A stretch of DNA of 59,986 nucleotides, taken from assembly GCA_032718475.1 (NCBI GenBank), contig JAUCBJ010006003.1, positions 1-59,986 of the forward strand. Reading direction: 5' to 3'. The translations under genes were made by a program, and so were the position numbers. The notes beneath the pieces were generated by a model. That model was not told where the DNA came from, made no database searches, and was given only the letters and a program-made list of their open reading frames with translations. This DNA comes from Nemertoderma westbladi (lineage: Eukaryota > Animalia > Xenacoelomorpha). Of this stretch, positions 10,531-22,844 are shown one piece after another (position 1 is the first letter of the stretch; every line of letters begins with the position of its first letter).

Positions 10531-13500
10531 TTATGTTATGGAGTCCCTAGATATTTGTTGGATTAGGGAGGTGGTCGTGGGAAGAGTATCTTGCCTTCCA
10601 TAGTTTCCGGACAGTTTTCGGTTTCTTTCCAGTAAACATAAACGACCAGCTGGGCGATTGAGTTGTTGTGTTACTTTCTCCGCTCCCTTGGCCTGTCTAA
10701 TCTTAGCCGGGGTAAGATGAGGAGGCGGCCATTCATCTTCTTTACTTAGGAAGTCGGGTCCACCTAACCACGCTGGAGTGTCTATCAGTTCTTGAGGAGT
10801 TGCTCCTCTGGAAGCGATGTCGGCTAGATTAATCATCTCGGGGCAATGTCTCCATTGATCTACATTGGAGTTGATATCGTCATTATCTGAGGAGTATGGT
10901 GTTCCCTCAGTTGGGTCGTCAACTTCACTGTTCTCCACTTCCCGTTCACTTAATTGATATACCTGTTCTTTCGGTAATCTTTCCATGAGAGTTCTACGGG
11001 AAGGGCCAGTAAAGTACCAACCCACTCTAGTTCTTCCCGCATAGACTTGTAATGGTTGCGGTTGAGCAGGCCGTTTCTCCAATGTCTCAAGCGCTTCATG
11101 CGCATTTTGGCCGATGAGTATTTGCACTCCAGGGTAATCTGTGTTGAATCTAGGTACATTAAGCTGCTGGGTGGAATCGTCCTCATCCCAGTTATAAGGT
11201 TCTACTTGGCTGGTAGCGAAGTTCTTTATCGCCACCATTTTTACTGACCTTATGCTGTGTTCTCCTAGTTCATCCTGGGGGGTGGACAACGCACCTACAT
11301 AATAATCCGTTATTACTGTAGATTTCCAAACCTGCATAATTCCTGACATGTTTAACTTAGTTCGGAACTTGGGTTGTCCAGCAAACATGTCTTCGGCTAG
11401 TTCTTTGTCGATGAATGTTCCTGTGCTACCGGAGTCAAGGAGGGCGTTCACTGTATAACTCCTTTTAAGTCCGTGGACCCTTAACTGTACTACTGGAAAT
11501 TCTCGGATTCCTACATTGGAAGTTGGTGCTTTCCAAGATGGTTGTCGGTCAGAAGTAGTTAGGGGGAGCTCACTGTTGGTATCCTTTTCATACGTAAGTG
11601 CTCGATACACTGCGGTATTGATTAGGTAACAGGATTCGTTTTCGTCGGAGAATTCGTCCGTATAGAATCCTTCCATCTCAGAACATTGGTCAGTGTCGTT
11701 CACATCACTGAATTGGACATGTAGTTCGGACTCACTTACCTGACTCGGGCTGTTCCGTTCGAATTCAGTGTGCAACAAGATATGATGTTTTGCGCCGCAC
11801 TTTGCACACCTTGCGTCGGAGTAACAGGTTCGCCGTTGGTGTCCTCGTCTGAGGCAATTATAACACAACCGCTTATCCCACATGACTTCACGTCTGTCCT
11901 TTAGTGATTTCCTCAGGAATTCATCACACGCACTTAAACGGTGGGGCCCGTCACACAGCACACATTTCGGTTTGATGTTACTTACCTTACTTTGGGTAAC
12001 GTTGTGCACACTCGTTCTTTCCTCGGGCTTTCTTACATGAATTCTCTTAGGAGACGTAGGAGGAGTTTTTCTTACCTGTTCTCTCCTGTCATTGGTTCGA
12101 GACTTGAATTTACTTACGTCCTTAGGCGCTTTGTTGTCATAGTAATATCTTTCAGTGTCTTTCCCGCTGTCTTCCCCTTGAGAAGTCTGGCTTTCGCCGT
12201 CGTCTGTATAATACACTGGTGTTACCTTTCTCCTAGAGACGGGTTTCTCACTTACCTTGTTTTCCGGTGTCTTCTCTCTGGACTGTTTTAGGAGCTGTAA
12301 TTTCACTTCTCCATCTAAGAATGACATGAGATCAGCCATGGTAGGGTCTCGTCGTTGTTGTTCCATCATATATAACACTTTCTTATCCCAGCGTGTACCT
12401 ACTCCACCCTTCGGTAAAGTAGAAGCCACGGCTCCAATGACCATAGAACTCTGATATTCATGATTCATATTTCATGATTCATATTCATGATTTCTAATTG
12501 TCTACAGATCTCTTGAATCTCATCGGAAAACTCTATTATCCCGCTGCTAATGAACTTTCGGGGCGCTACTAATTTTGCGTACAAATATTTAGCTATGTTA
12601 TTCCTATTACCATACCTGATGTTTAGTGTATCCCAAACTTGTCTTAATCCGTCTGGATGTCCAATAAACTTTAACGCCATTAACTTGGGAGATCCTTCCA
12701 AGCACTCGATGAGGAATCTAAGTTTCTCTCCATTAGATAGTACAGAGTTCTGTATGTTATCTTTATAATATTCATTAAAAGGTAACCATTTCATCTCATC
12801 TCCATTGAACTTGACTATCTCTCCCACCTTTACCGCTTGACGGGCTTCGGTTCTAGCCATTTGACGCGTAAAACTTTCTTGGGCCATCGTGTTATTTAAT
12901 ATCGAGTTATCGGTATATAAATTTCTCGGATTATGATCAGGTCTATAGGGAATATCATTATCAACAGGTTTATAATTACCCTTAATAGGGTTTACTATAG
13001 GAGTTTCTACTTCACTAGCAGTATAGATGCGTGTAGGCTCCACACCTTGCGCATGAAACACTTCAGACCTAACAGGTTGACACATTGTTACAGGGGGTGG
13101 TGGTATACCCTTTTGTGTATTCACTAATTTATCGCGTTCTAGCGCGATACTTTGCTGCACTTCTTGCAACTCTAACCTACTCTCTCTAATTGTTCCCTTT
13201 AACTGCTGCACAGTTCCCTCCATCTCCTGGGCCTGCCGAGAGGAGCGAGAATGTTGTTCCCTCAGCTGTCCGAGCAGGAGACCCATCTCCCGTCGTCCCT
13301 CATCTACCCACTCGACCGCCGAAGCGGGAGGCGCCAACGTTGTAGCGGGCGGACGAGGGACAACGGGCGACAAGTCATGAATATTTCGCTCGGAGTCCAG
13401 GACATGAACAATTTCAGGAGTGGTTCTGTGGGGCACAGGTAGCTTCGTGCTGTGCAGAGGGAATTTAGAGGTAGGTTCAGGGAGTACAGGTGTCTCTATC

Positions 13501-14214
13501 ACCGAAGGGGTGGCTTCGAGAACAGGCCTAATTATTTCAGGCTCATCTACTATAGTAGGGAGTCTTTCTATATTAATTATTTGGTCTGTGGGTTCTGTAC
13601 TACCTAAGTTTGTGTCAGTTAGTTGCCTTCTAACAGCTGGGAGCAAATCAGGCAATTTCTGACGGTGGGATATTCTTCTACGTCTGCTTAGACGAGATCT
13701 ATTTCCTCCGCCTTCAGCATCAGTTGTATCGCCTTCCTCAGATGATGTATATCCCTGCCATTTGGGAGTAGATCGACTCATCATCTGCATTTGACTAGCT
13801 GTTAACTGTTTATTTATGCAGTCTTGATTCTCTTGAATATTTTCCAAATCTAGTTGGGCGATCTCTTCAGCCGCTCTCCGTTCTGCATAAACCGAATAAA
13901 CCGCATCCGTCATCTTTGCTCCGCGCTCGGGTGTCAGCTCTACTGGAGCCGTCGGGCCGTTGAGAAATAAGTTCTTGGCTCGCGGGTTGTTGCGGTTCCG
14001 CTGCTTCTTGGTCCCGCTTGACCTGAGCTCGAGTGCCTATGATAGACCTATGATGTTGGACTAGCCTAGGGTCTGATATTACTACGGGAGGGATGATCTT
14101 TCTTACAGTAGGAGGTGAGTTTAACTTCGGTCCTACACGTTCCACACTCCTGTCTGGGTCACATATGGTTGTATCTAGGAGACTGTCTGACAGGTTTTGC
14201 TTTGTGTCAGACAT
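10531..14214 (-). pseudogene. A2 gag-protease polyprotein with RT/RNase H and integrase core deleted
   Basis: ORFs 13867..14214, 12465..13913, 10531..12468; BEL triple Zn knuckle CVLCDGPHRLSAC/CYNCLRRGHQRRTC/CAKCGAKHH; protease LLDSGS; jumps directly to VDQWRHCP and TQQLNRP. Confidence 0.9.
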
Positions 14215-16172
14215 GTTGGTTTGTACAGTTGAATGCCTACTGCTATATTACAGTTTAAGCAAGCCTAGTAATTCAGTATCACTGTTAGCCTAGTAATTAA
14301 TTACTGATACTGCTACTCAGTGTAGCGTAATATATATATAATATATTAGAATACCAGTATGCTTATAGTATATATATATATAAGTATTGTTACAGACTAG
14401 ATTTGTCACAGAATACCGGTATGTAATTTCAGCACAAGTATATATAAATATATAATAGGCCTATCATGAATACCGGTATACAGCTTACACTTATAATATA
14501 TATAAGTATAATTATGAACTAGAATTAATTACAGAATACCGGTATATAATTTAGCCTAAATTTATAGAAATAAATATAATAAGCCTATCGCGAATACCTG
14601 TATGTCAATTATTTTAAATAATTGAATTTCTGAATTTTTAGGGGTTACTTGGTTACTTTACTTACTTTATTACCGTTATTTGAGCAGTAGTCCAACTGAT
14701 ATTGAGACCTAATTGTTGTATGACAGGCCTACTATTTATAAATCGTTTGAGTTGATTTATAATATATATATACCCATATAATGGGTTTTGTCAATATTTG
14801 AAATAAATGTGATTATTTCTGGGAAGGAGTCACTACACAGAAGCTGTGCGCTATCAGTGAAGTGCTACTTGTTGGACACTAAAACAAATAATTCTAATTT
14901 ACCTAAGTTACTTAATACTACAAATTACATACAATTCGGGGTGAGATTACAATCTCTAAATAAACACAAAAATTACACGTACGAATTTTTAGGGTAATTT
15001 TACAAGAAGTCTACAAACCAGCCTAACAAAGGGTTAGAATATCTGGTTATTACAACGAACAGGGTACTACGGTATTTGAAAATAATAAGTAGTAGTAAAT
15101 ATACTGCGTTGTCCAGATAGAAAAAATACCACCGTCTGACGACTTATAGCCGTATCGCTATAAGTACTACGTTATGTATCACGGAGTGTTCCTACCTAGA
15201 AGTTAATTACCGTGGTCTACCAGAACCAACGTGCCTATTAACCACTTTACAACACAAATATACTGCCTACACACTAATTACCTTCGGAAAGCACTGTACA
15301 CTAAACACTAAATTAGGTACAAGTACTTGTACAACAAATAATCAGTAGTTAAAAATACTTGAACAGTTAAAAGAACCACGGTATCTGCTGGAGTGACCGG
15401 GGCACAAAATCACCAGTCTTTACCTACGCCAAGCAGCCCTGATGTAGTACCGGGGTTAGTTTAACTATAACGGTATATATAACAAGCACAATTACTGTAG
15501 GAATAAACTTGGGGTATGAATGTTGCGAATAATCGCATAAACTCTGAATAATAAATATTACGCTACCCGTACAAACTACTCAAACAAAATACAAACCAAA
15601 TGCTGGCAGACTACTATCAAGCCTAAATAAACTACAGGACATGCAGACTCCGAAATGGTTAGTTAGTATGCGTTCTAACCTAGTAGTACGACTTATTCTT
15701 TCGGTGGGGGATTTACCTTACAGCTCTAGCTGCCCCTACGTTCCTAACCGGCACTTTATCGGACATACACTCTACATGCACTGCAATCCGTTCAGACCTA
15801 TCAACAGTCAGACAACAGTCCAGCCTACAAATTATCTGTACGATCTGAGCAGGCTTACACGTCTTCTGCTCAATATTAGCCTACAAATAAATAAAACTGA
15901 CAGAAACAAGTAAACCATACAAGGAATAAGGGGTGATCAATCCCTAATCCCCTAACAGCCTACAATATACAATATATCACAATCGAAATAATACTGATGT
16001 ACCTATACTGCTGTAAGTACCGGTTCCGGTGGTTAGGTAGTTAGGCCTACAGGTTACCGGTCGACCGGTACTTCAGCTTTATTGCTTACTGCAATAAAGA
16101 AGCAATAACTGTTACTGTTCTTACCAGAACAATATTAAACTGTATTTATTGCCTACACTGCAATCTAGATTA

Positions 16173-16183
16173 AAAACTGTTAT
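16173..16183 (-). promoter_or_regulatory. A2 primer-binding position, self-complementary type (ATAACAGTTTT)
   Basis: No TGG; 11/11 complementary to the LTR-internal 11-mer at 16948-16958. Confidence 0.75.
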
Positions 16184-17289
16184 TGTTCACGCTTTTAAGA
16201 CCTTTGGCAGTTTAACCCGCCAAATCTATATGTCTTCTAGGTTATAAATCGACTTTAGCCTATGACAATTATTTGATACAAATAAATCCAACATTAGCCG
16301 AAGCCAGTCTATGCGCGACCATTCACCCGCTGGATATACCCAGGAGACTGGATTCGGATGCTTTAATTTGATTGCGGTGCAGGCCTACCGTACTATTCGA
16401 TTGATCGTTAATATATAATCTCTGACAAATATTATTCACTTTCGGGAAATATTAGCAGTTCCTTTAGGACGTGGCGCTCTATCCATATAAACAGAGTTAT
16501 GACTTACACTATACACAACAGGATGGCTTATAGATCACAAAAGGTGCATTCTTTAGGAAATGCTTTGTTACTCGGTCAAGCACATACAGACTATTGCACA
16601 CCACTGCACACTGAATTGCCGATATTCACTGATTTTAATCATGTATAAAGAGAACAGCAACCGACATTTGTAGGGCCTATTAAGTAGCATTGAATTCACT
16701 ACAAACCACGATAATGTATGTCGCAATTGCTATATGTAACCGGTCTCTCTAACCTTAGTGTATCAAGAAGATTGGGGTTTCTGATCGTTTATCAATATTC
16801 TCCAAATAACAATATGCAAACGAATGATACATTTAATAACAAACTGTAAATAGCAGTAAATAATGCGGTGAAAAGCAGTTTGAGTTTACAGCACGTAGTA
16901 TGCAGTACCGTGCCAGACCAGGTAGGTAGTGTGCCAAGTTAACCAAGATAACAGTTTTGTGATCTTATAATTAAAGACGTTCTAATGTTGGAAAATTCAG
17001 AAACATTCCACAGCCGATGATGTTCTAAGCTGGGAAAAACGTCATTACTGAATCATGTGATTCATGGTATACATTTTACACACAAAGAGGTAATCTATCA
17101 CTGTGATTGGTCAACTGTTGTTCTGATTGGTTGATCGAACGGAACAAAGAGGCTACACAAGTACAGCAAATCAGCCAACCAGCGGGCGGATTGTGCCACT
17201 AGAAGATACAGTTTAGAGGATTTGAGCTAATGGGGGAAAACTGGATTACGAATGGAAAAGGCCAGTTATATCCCCCAAAAGCTTTTACA
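16184..17289 (-). repeat. A2 5' LTR
   Basis: tgttcacgc...gcttttaca followed by TSD GGTGA. Confidence 0.97.
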
Positions 17290-19476
17290 GGTGAAGTAGG
17301 TACTCGCTGGGACAAAAAGGTTCTCTATTTGATGGACCAACAACATAGGGATCCAACCATGACGGACCTTCTGTCATTCTTAAACCGGGAGGTAAGATTA
17401 CAACTCCTAAAACAGTCTAGAGAGAAGACTCCTGAAAGAGAGGTAAGTGAAAAACCCGTTTCTAGGAGAAAGGTAACACCAGTGTGTTATACAGACGACC
17501 GCGAAAGCCAAACCTCCCACGAGGAGAACAGCGGGAAAGACACCGAAAGATCTTATTATGTCAACAAAACTCTGAAAGACGTAAGTAAATTTAAGTCTCG
17601 AACCAGTGACAGGAGAGAACAGGTAACAAAAACTCCTCCTACGTCTCCTAAGAGAATTCATGGAAGAAAGCCTGAGGAAAGAACAAGTGTGCACCACACA
17701 GCACAGGTTAAAGTAAGTAACATCAAGCCCAAATGTGTATTGTGCGATGGGCCACATCGCTTGAGTGGGTGTGATGAATTCCTGAAGAAATCCCTTAAGG
17801 ATAGACGTGATGTCATGTGGGATAAGCGGTTGTGTTATAATTGTCTCAGACGAGGACACCAACGGTGGACCTGTTACTCAGATGCTAGGTGTTCTAAGTG
17901 CGGCGCGAAACATCATATCTTGCTGCACACAGAATTTGAAAGAACCCGCACGAGTCAAGTAAGTGAGCCCGAACTACATGTCCAATTCAGTGATGTGAAC
18001 GACACTGACCACAGCTCTGAGATGGAAGGATTCTACACCGACGAATTCTCCGACGAAAACGAATCCTGTTATATGACAAACACCGCGGTGTATCGAGCGC
18101 TTACGTATACGACTGAAACCGATAACGAAGCGCACCCGGCTATTCCTGACCGATAACCATCTTGGAAAGCGCCAACTTCCAATGTCGTAATCCGGGAATT
18201 CCCCGTAGTTCAGCTGAGAGTCCATGGAGTCCGTAAGAGTTTTATAGTCAACGTCCTCCTGGACTCCGGCAGCACAGGAACATTCATCGACAAAGAACTA
18301 GCCGAAGACATCTTTGCTGGACAACCCAAGTTCCGAACTAAGTTGAACCTTTCAGGAATTATGCAGGTTTGGAAATCCACAGTAGCTACAGACTACTATG
18401 TAGGAGCGTTGTCCACTCCCCAGGACGAACTAGGAGAACACAGCATAAGGACAGTAAAAATGGTGGCGATAAAGAACTTTGCTACCAGCCAAGTGGAACC
18501 TTACAACTGGGATGAAGACGATTTTACCCAGCAGCATGATATCCCTAGATTCAACACCGACTACCCAGGAGTACAGATACTCATCGGCCAAAATGCGCAT
18601 GAGGCGCTTGAGACATTAGAGAAACGGCCTGCTCGACCGCAACCATTGCAAACATATGCGGGAAGAAGGAAAGTAGGTTGGTACTTCACTGGACCTTCCC
18701 GTAGGACACTCATGGAAAGGCTACCTAACGACCAAGTCCATCAGGTGAGTGAATGGGAAGAAGAAATCAGTGAGGGAGAGACCACAACTGAGGGAACACC
18801 ATACTCCTCAGATAATGACGATATTAAACCTAATGTAGATCAATGGAGATATTGCCCTGGGACTATTAATCCAGCCGACATCCCTTCCAGAGGAGCAACC
18901 CCTCAAGAACTGATAGATACTCCGGACTGGTTAGGTGGACCCGACTTCCAAAGTAAAGAAGAAGATGAATGGCCTCCCCATCATACCACGGCTGAGATTA
19001 GACAAGCCAAGGGAGCGGAGAAAGTCAAACCTAAAACCCGGATGAGTAAATCAAAGTTATTCAAACCCGTGATAGATCTGTATGTACTACACATTTCCAG
19101 GGACGACTCTGTGGATCTAAACTTCCCCGCCACAAATAAATCTGTTGTGGAAATCAGAGAAAAAGACTGGAAATCTGGAACACCAGACGTCTCGCAGGGA
19201 TTCTCACCTCTCCTGCAGAGAGCGATAAATCACTATAGCACCTGGAATCGGCTTTGTAAGGCTGTCATGTATTTGAAGCGATGTTTCTATCGTCACTATT
19301 CCAGGACGAAGAAGAAACCTGGAATTGTATTCGAAACACAGCAGCTCAATCGCCCAGTTGGTCGTTTATGTTTACTGGAAAGAGACAGAGAACTGTCCGG
19401 AAACTATGGAAGGCAAGATACTCTTCCCACGACCACCTCCCTAATCCAACAAGCATCTAGGAACTCCCCAACGTAA
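17290..19476 (+). pseudogene. A1 gag C-terminus + protease + remnants of pol (RT/RNase H and integrase core deleted)
   Basis: ORFs 17230..18156 and 18343..19476 separated by one stop; Zn knuckles; ctcctggactccggcagc = LLDSGS. Confidence 0.9.
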
Positions 19477-20448
19477 CCGCGTCTGGAGTGGGTGTGTGAC
19501 TATATTATTTTCTATTTGTTTTATTATTTTTATATTTATGTATGTATTATTACGTGATTTTATTATTATAATCGTTTTCTTTAATTTTATTTAGTAGAAT
19601 GTTATTTTAGCGATTATTTAGTAGAATTAGTGCAATATATATTCGTATTTATTACTTAATTACTTATATTATATATTTAGTGCAACGGCGAGAAATAATT
19701 CTTTTTCTCTTTCCTTACTGTCCGTATCATATTATAAACACGTGACTACAGTAAGATGAAATGTCCTTACTTATTAAAGTACAATAAAGCTCCTACTATA
19801 CTCAAGTATTATTGGTAAGTAGAGTATTAGGAATGCAAAGTTCAGATCCTCGTGTCTCGGCTAAACCAAGCTCTGGGTAGACCTTGGAAACGACTTGCCT
19901 CTTCTCACTGACATTGCTTCTTGCAATATTGCTCTCATACCTTATATTAAATAATACATATAGTAGCGTGATGTCCCTTTAACAGTAGCGTAAAACGCAA
20001 AATAAATCTGTTAAACCCTTTGACCATCTGTAATTCTAGTCGATTAAGATATCGTAGCACTTACCGATACTATTAAAAGGACAAATTTCCTAGAATCAAG
20101 GATCCTAGTCCCCAGACATGTTCTGGAATAAAATTGTGTCTATTTTAATATTAAATAATAAAATTTACGGGAATAATGTTAAATTCATATCCTCTCATGA
20201 ATTTGATAAATTGTCATTTCATGCAATTTATAACATTCCCAAAATTCCATTAATTAATAGTTTTATTATAGGAAGGGATCTAGGGGTCTTAACCTCGAAT
20301 GATAAGTTTATTTTACCGAAAATAACTTATATTTTATTGGCGCAATTGTAGGACTAATCCCATCACATGCGTACTTTTTAACCAGGTAGTGTACAAATTT
20401 AGGAATCGCGTAATTTTTTCTTGAAATTAATATCTCATATCTCTCCAA

Positions 20449-20491
20449 ACCACGTACGCGTTTCGACCTTACTGGGTCTCATCAGCGTGGT
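20449..20491 (-). ncRNA. Minimal type I hammerhead ribozyme
   Basis: ACCACG-CTGATGA-GACC(CAGTAA)GGTC-GAAA-CGCG-TA-CGTGGT: complete core, 6-bp stem I, 4-bp stem II, palindromic stem III. Confidence 0.9.
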
Positions 20492-20551
20492 GTCGGATTC
20501 GAACCTGGGACCTCGAGGAGGAAGCCGAGACTACAACCACTAGGCCACAGG
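20491..20551 (-). ncRNA. tRNA-like Pol III promoter module
   Basis: A box TGGCCTAGTGG and B box GGTTCGAATCC at tRNA-like spacing. Confidence 0.8.
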
Positions 20552-21341
20552 TTCTTGAGATATGGAGTATTAATTTCAAAGCCAGCATTTCAAACACCTC
20601 GATAAATACAGCTTGCCAACACATTGTTACTATCATTAATTAATAGATCATGGGAGCGGAGATTCACCCTATTAAGTATATTAGCGTGAGAGAATCTCCA
20701 ATATATAGTCAATAGCCGATAAAATTCATAAAATCATGTATAAAGGGGAATATTGACAATTAAATAATTACTATTAAATAGCATCCCAGATCTGTATGCA
20801 TGAGAATTACCCTAATTCTACTGCTAGCTTTCCATAATGTCACCATGGCAACAACCACGCTAGAATTAGAAGTGAGTTAAAAGAACAATAAAAAGCTTGC
20901 CCCATTGAATAGCATACGGAATAAATAGCGCACTGCTAGTATCCAGGGATACATAATAATAATGTGGCATTCTGGAAGGCACTTGACTAACGGACAATTG
21001 GCCCGAATGTGTACAATTTGTGACAGTTGTGTGGAATTTGTGCGTTTATAGGTGAATGTTACTACTAAAGTGTGTTTACAGTAGCGAGTCGCAGTTGTGA
21101 AAGTAGCCCTACCTCTGCAGTAAGAACCTGAAGTAAATCTAAGCCCTTGGGACAGACAGTGGAGTAACTCGCGCTGGTTGTTGTTGTCGTTGTGTAGCTA
21201 CTATGTTGGCGATAGACACAGCGGCGACAGTACATCAGCGCTGAGGAGCTTGCGCTGTCCGGGGGCATTGAGGGGGAGGCAGCAATGACCGCTAGCCTAA
21301 ATTATAATTAATTATAATATCGATAAGCTCATATAGCAGCT

Positions 21342-22818
21342 ATGACTGAGTTGATAGAAGATGATCTTGGTATCAGGGAGCGATATACCCTACCATTGCA
21401 AGCGTTTGTTGATAGTTTAATACGCAGCGACGCTAGTCCACCCACTACGGAGGACGATGGCCATTATATCGAACCGCCAATGTCAAAGGAACAGCTCACG
21501 TGTGAATTGGACTATAGAAAATTCACCGCTCGCTATACGCATTGTAATGGTACGTATATGGACTTCTTAACTACTGGTCATCCTATCGATTTACACGATA
21601 TGGACGATGTAGACACCAAAAGGGAAATGATCCTATTTAAATATCATACCCAGCGGAGTCGGAACGATAAACTGAGAATCGAACACGAAAATTCTATTCG
21701 AAACCAACTCGAAAGAGAAGACGTTAAAGAACCGGATAAACGCAGTGACTTCAACATATATTTGGAATTCTTGAGAGAGACATTGTAAAACTGGAGAAAG
21801 ATCACCAGCGTTTCCCCTACAAGACGTGCGTCTTTAGTATTATTACGATGAATGCCCTAGACCCTACCAACACACGGAAAGACATAAACATCCGCGGAGA
21901 CGTTGCGCTAAACACAGATTTACTCGCTATATTTACGGGAGTTTCGAGCGAAACTTTTTCGACGTATCACCTACGCTCGCTCGACTCAAACCTATGATCG
22001 GAGTTCCGGAATACTCGGTCAGACCTCCTCATTCACTGGTGAAACCTCAGACTCTTGATCCTAATAGTATGACGGATCCTCCTGAGCTGTACTCACTGTT
22101 CAAAGATCTAGTGTTGCCCGAACAATTAGTCGGTGGCACTCCGGTTGTGGGCTTCCTAGATATTCGCCCATCTTACCTAGCCGGATTGGGACGCGGACAC
22201 CTAATATCGCCGTTCAACCCGTATAATCGTCCCGGTTTAACCCGATACAACCTGTCACCGAGGTGGAGGAGAAAATTGTACGCAACGTGTTAGACACTAT
22301 TCGATAAAAGATCAGAAAAGGAACCTATGGTTGTTTAGAGAAACGTAAATTGCAGCAGCAAGTCCAAGCGGTAAACGAATTAGCTTTATCTCAGTTCGAT
22401 CGGAAAATCCAGAACCTCTAAGAAGATATCGAACTTGGACGACCCTACTCTCTGAAAGAGTTTTGGACGAATGCTTCCAACGACAAGCGGAGGAAAATCA
22501 GCTCGAGGAGAAGCATATCGATTTCAACAGAGCCCGAGAAAGCGAGTCGGAAAGAACCATCAAACCGAGGAAATTTCTCACTACACACGGTCCACTTACC
22601 CACTTACACCAGTAAGAGCTGCTGTCTTAAAACGCACTCTCAAGGTTGTTCGACCTCGTTCCACTGAGGTTGATACCAATCAACCGGGTACCTCGACCGG
22701 CAGATACACCGGACTCTTGCTAGCCTCAAAAAACTGCGTAAATGCCATTCGCGTAAGAAAGACTAACTGTTTAGAGTATTTTTATATTTTAGAAACTGTG
22801 ATTTTTTATATTTTATAG
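21342..22818 (+). pseudogene. A1 accessory ORF region downstream of pol, unknown function
   Basis: ORFs 21342..21788, 21994..22293, 22471..22818; homologous to A2 and A3 copies. Confidence 0.65.
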
Positions 22819-22844
22819 AATTAAATCCCATTTTCTGGGAGCGG

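Larger units (their letters stand above)
3640..17289 (-). mobile_element. BEL/Pao LTR retrotransposon A2 (non-autonomous), nested in A1 gag
   Basis: 1106-bp TG...CA LTRs; TSD GGTGA at 3635-3639 and 17290-17294; PPT at 4746-4753. Confidence 0.97.
20261..20633 (-). mobile_element. 373-bp SINE/retrozyme-like insertion with tRNA-like module and hammerhead ribozyme
   Basis: 13-bp TSD CATTAATTAATAG (20248-20260, 20634-20646); absent at the homologous sites of A2 (~9580) and A3 (~28830); minus strand ends ...TATAATAAAA. Confidence 0.88.

Noticed and set aside
17230-17289. N-terminus MGENWITNGKG... of ORF 17230..18156 as a real start
   Set aside because: It is A2 LTR sequence read into the interrupted A1 gag.
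20491-20551. Functional tRNA gene
   Set aside because: No proper acceptor or anticodon stem, and it lies within a TSD-flanked insertion.
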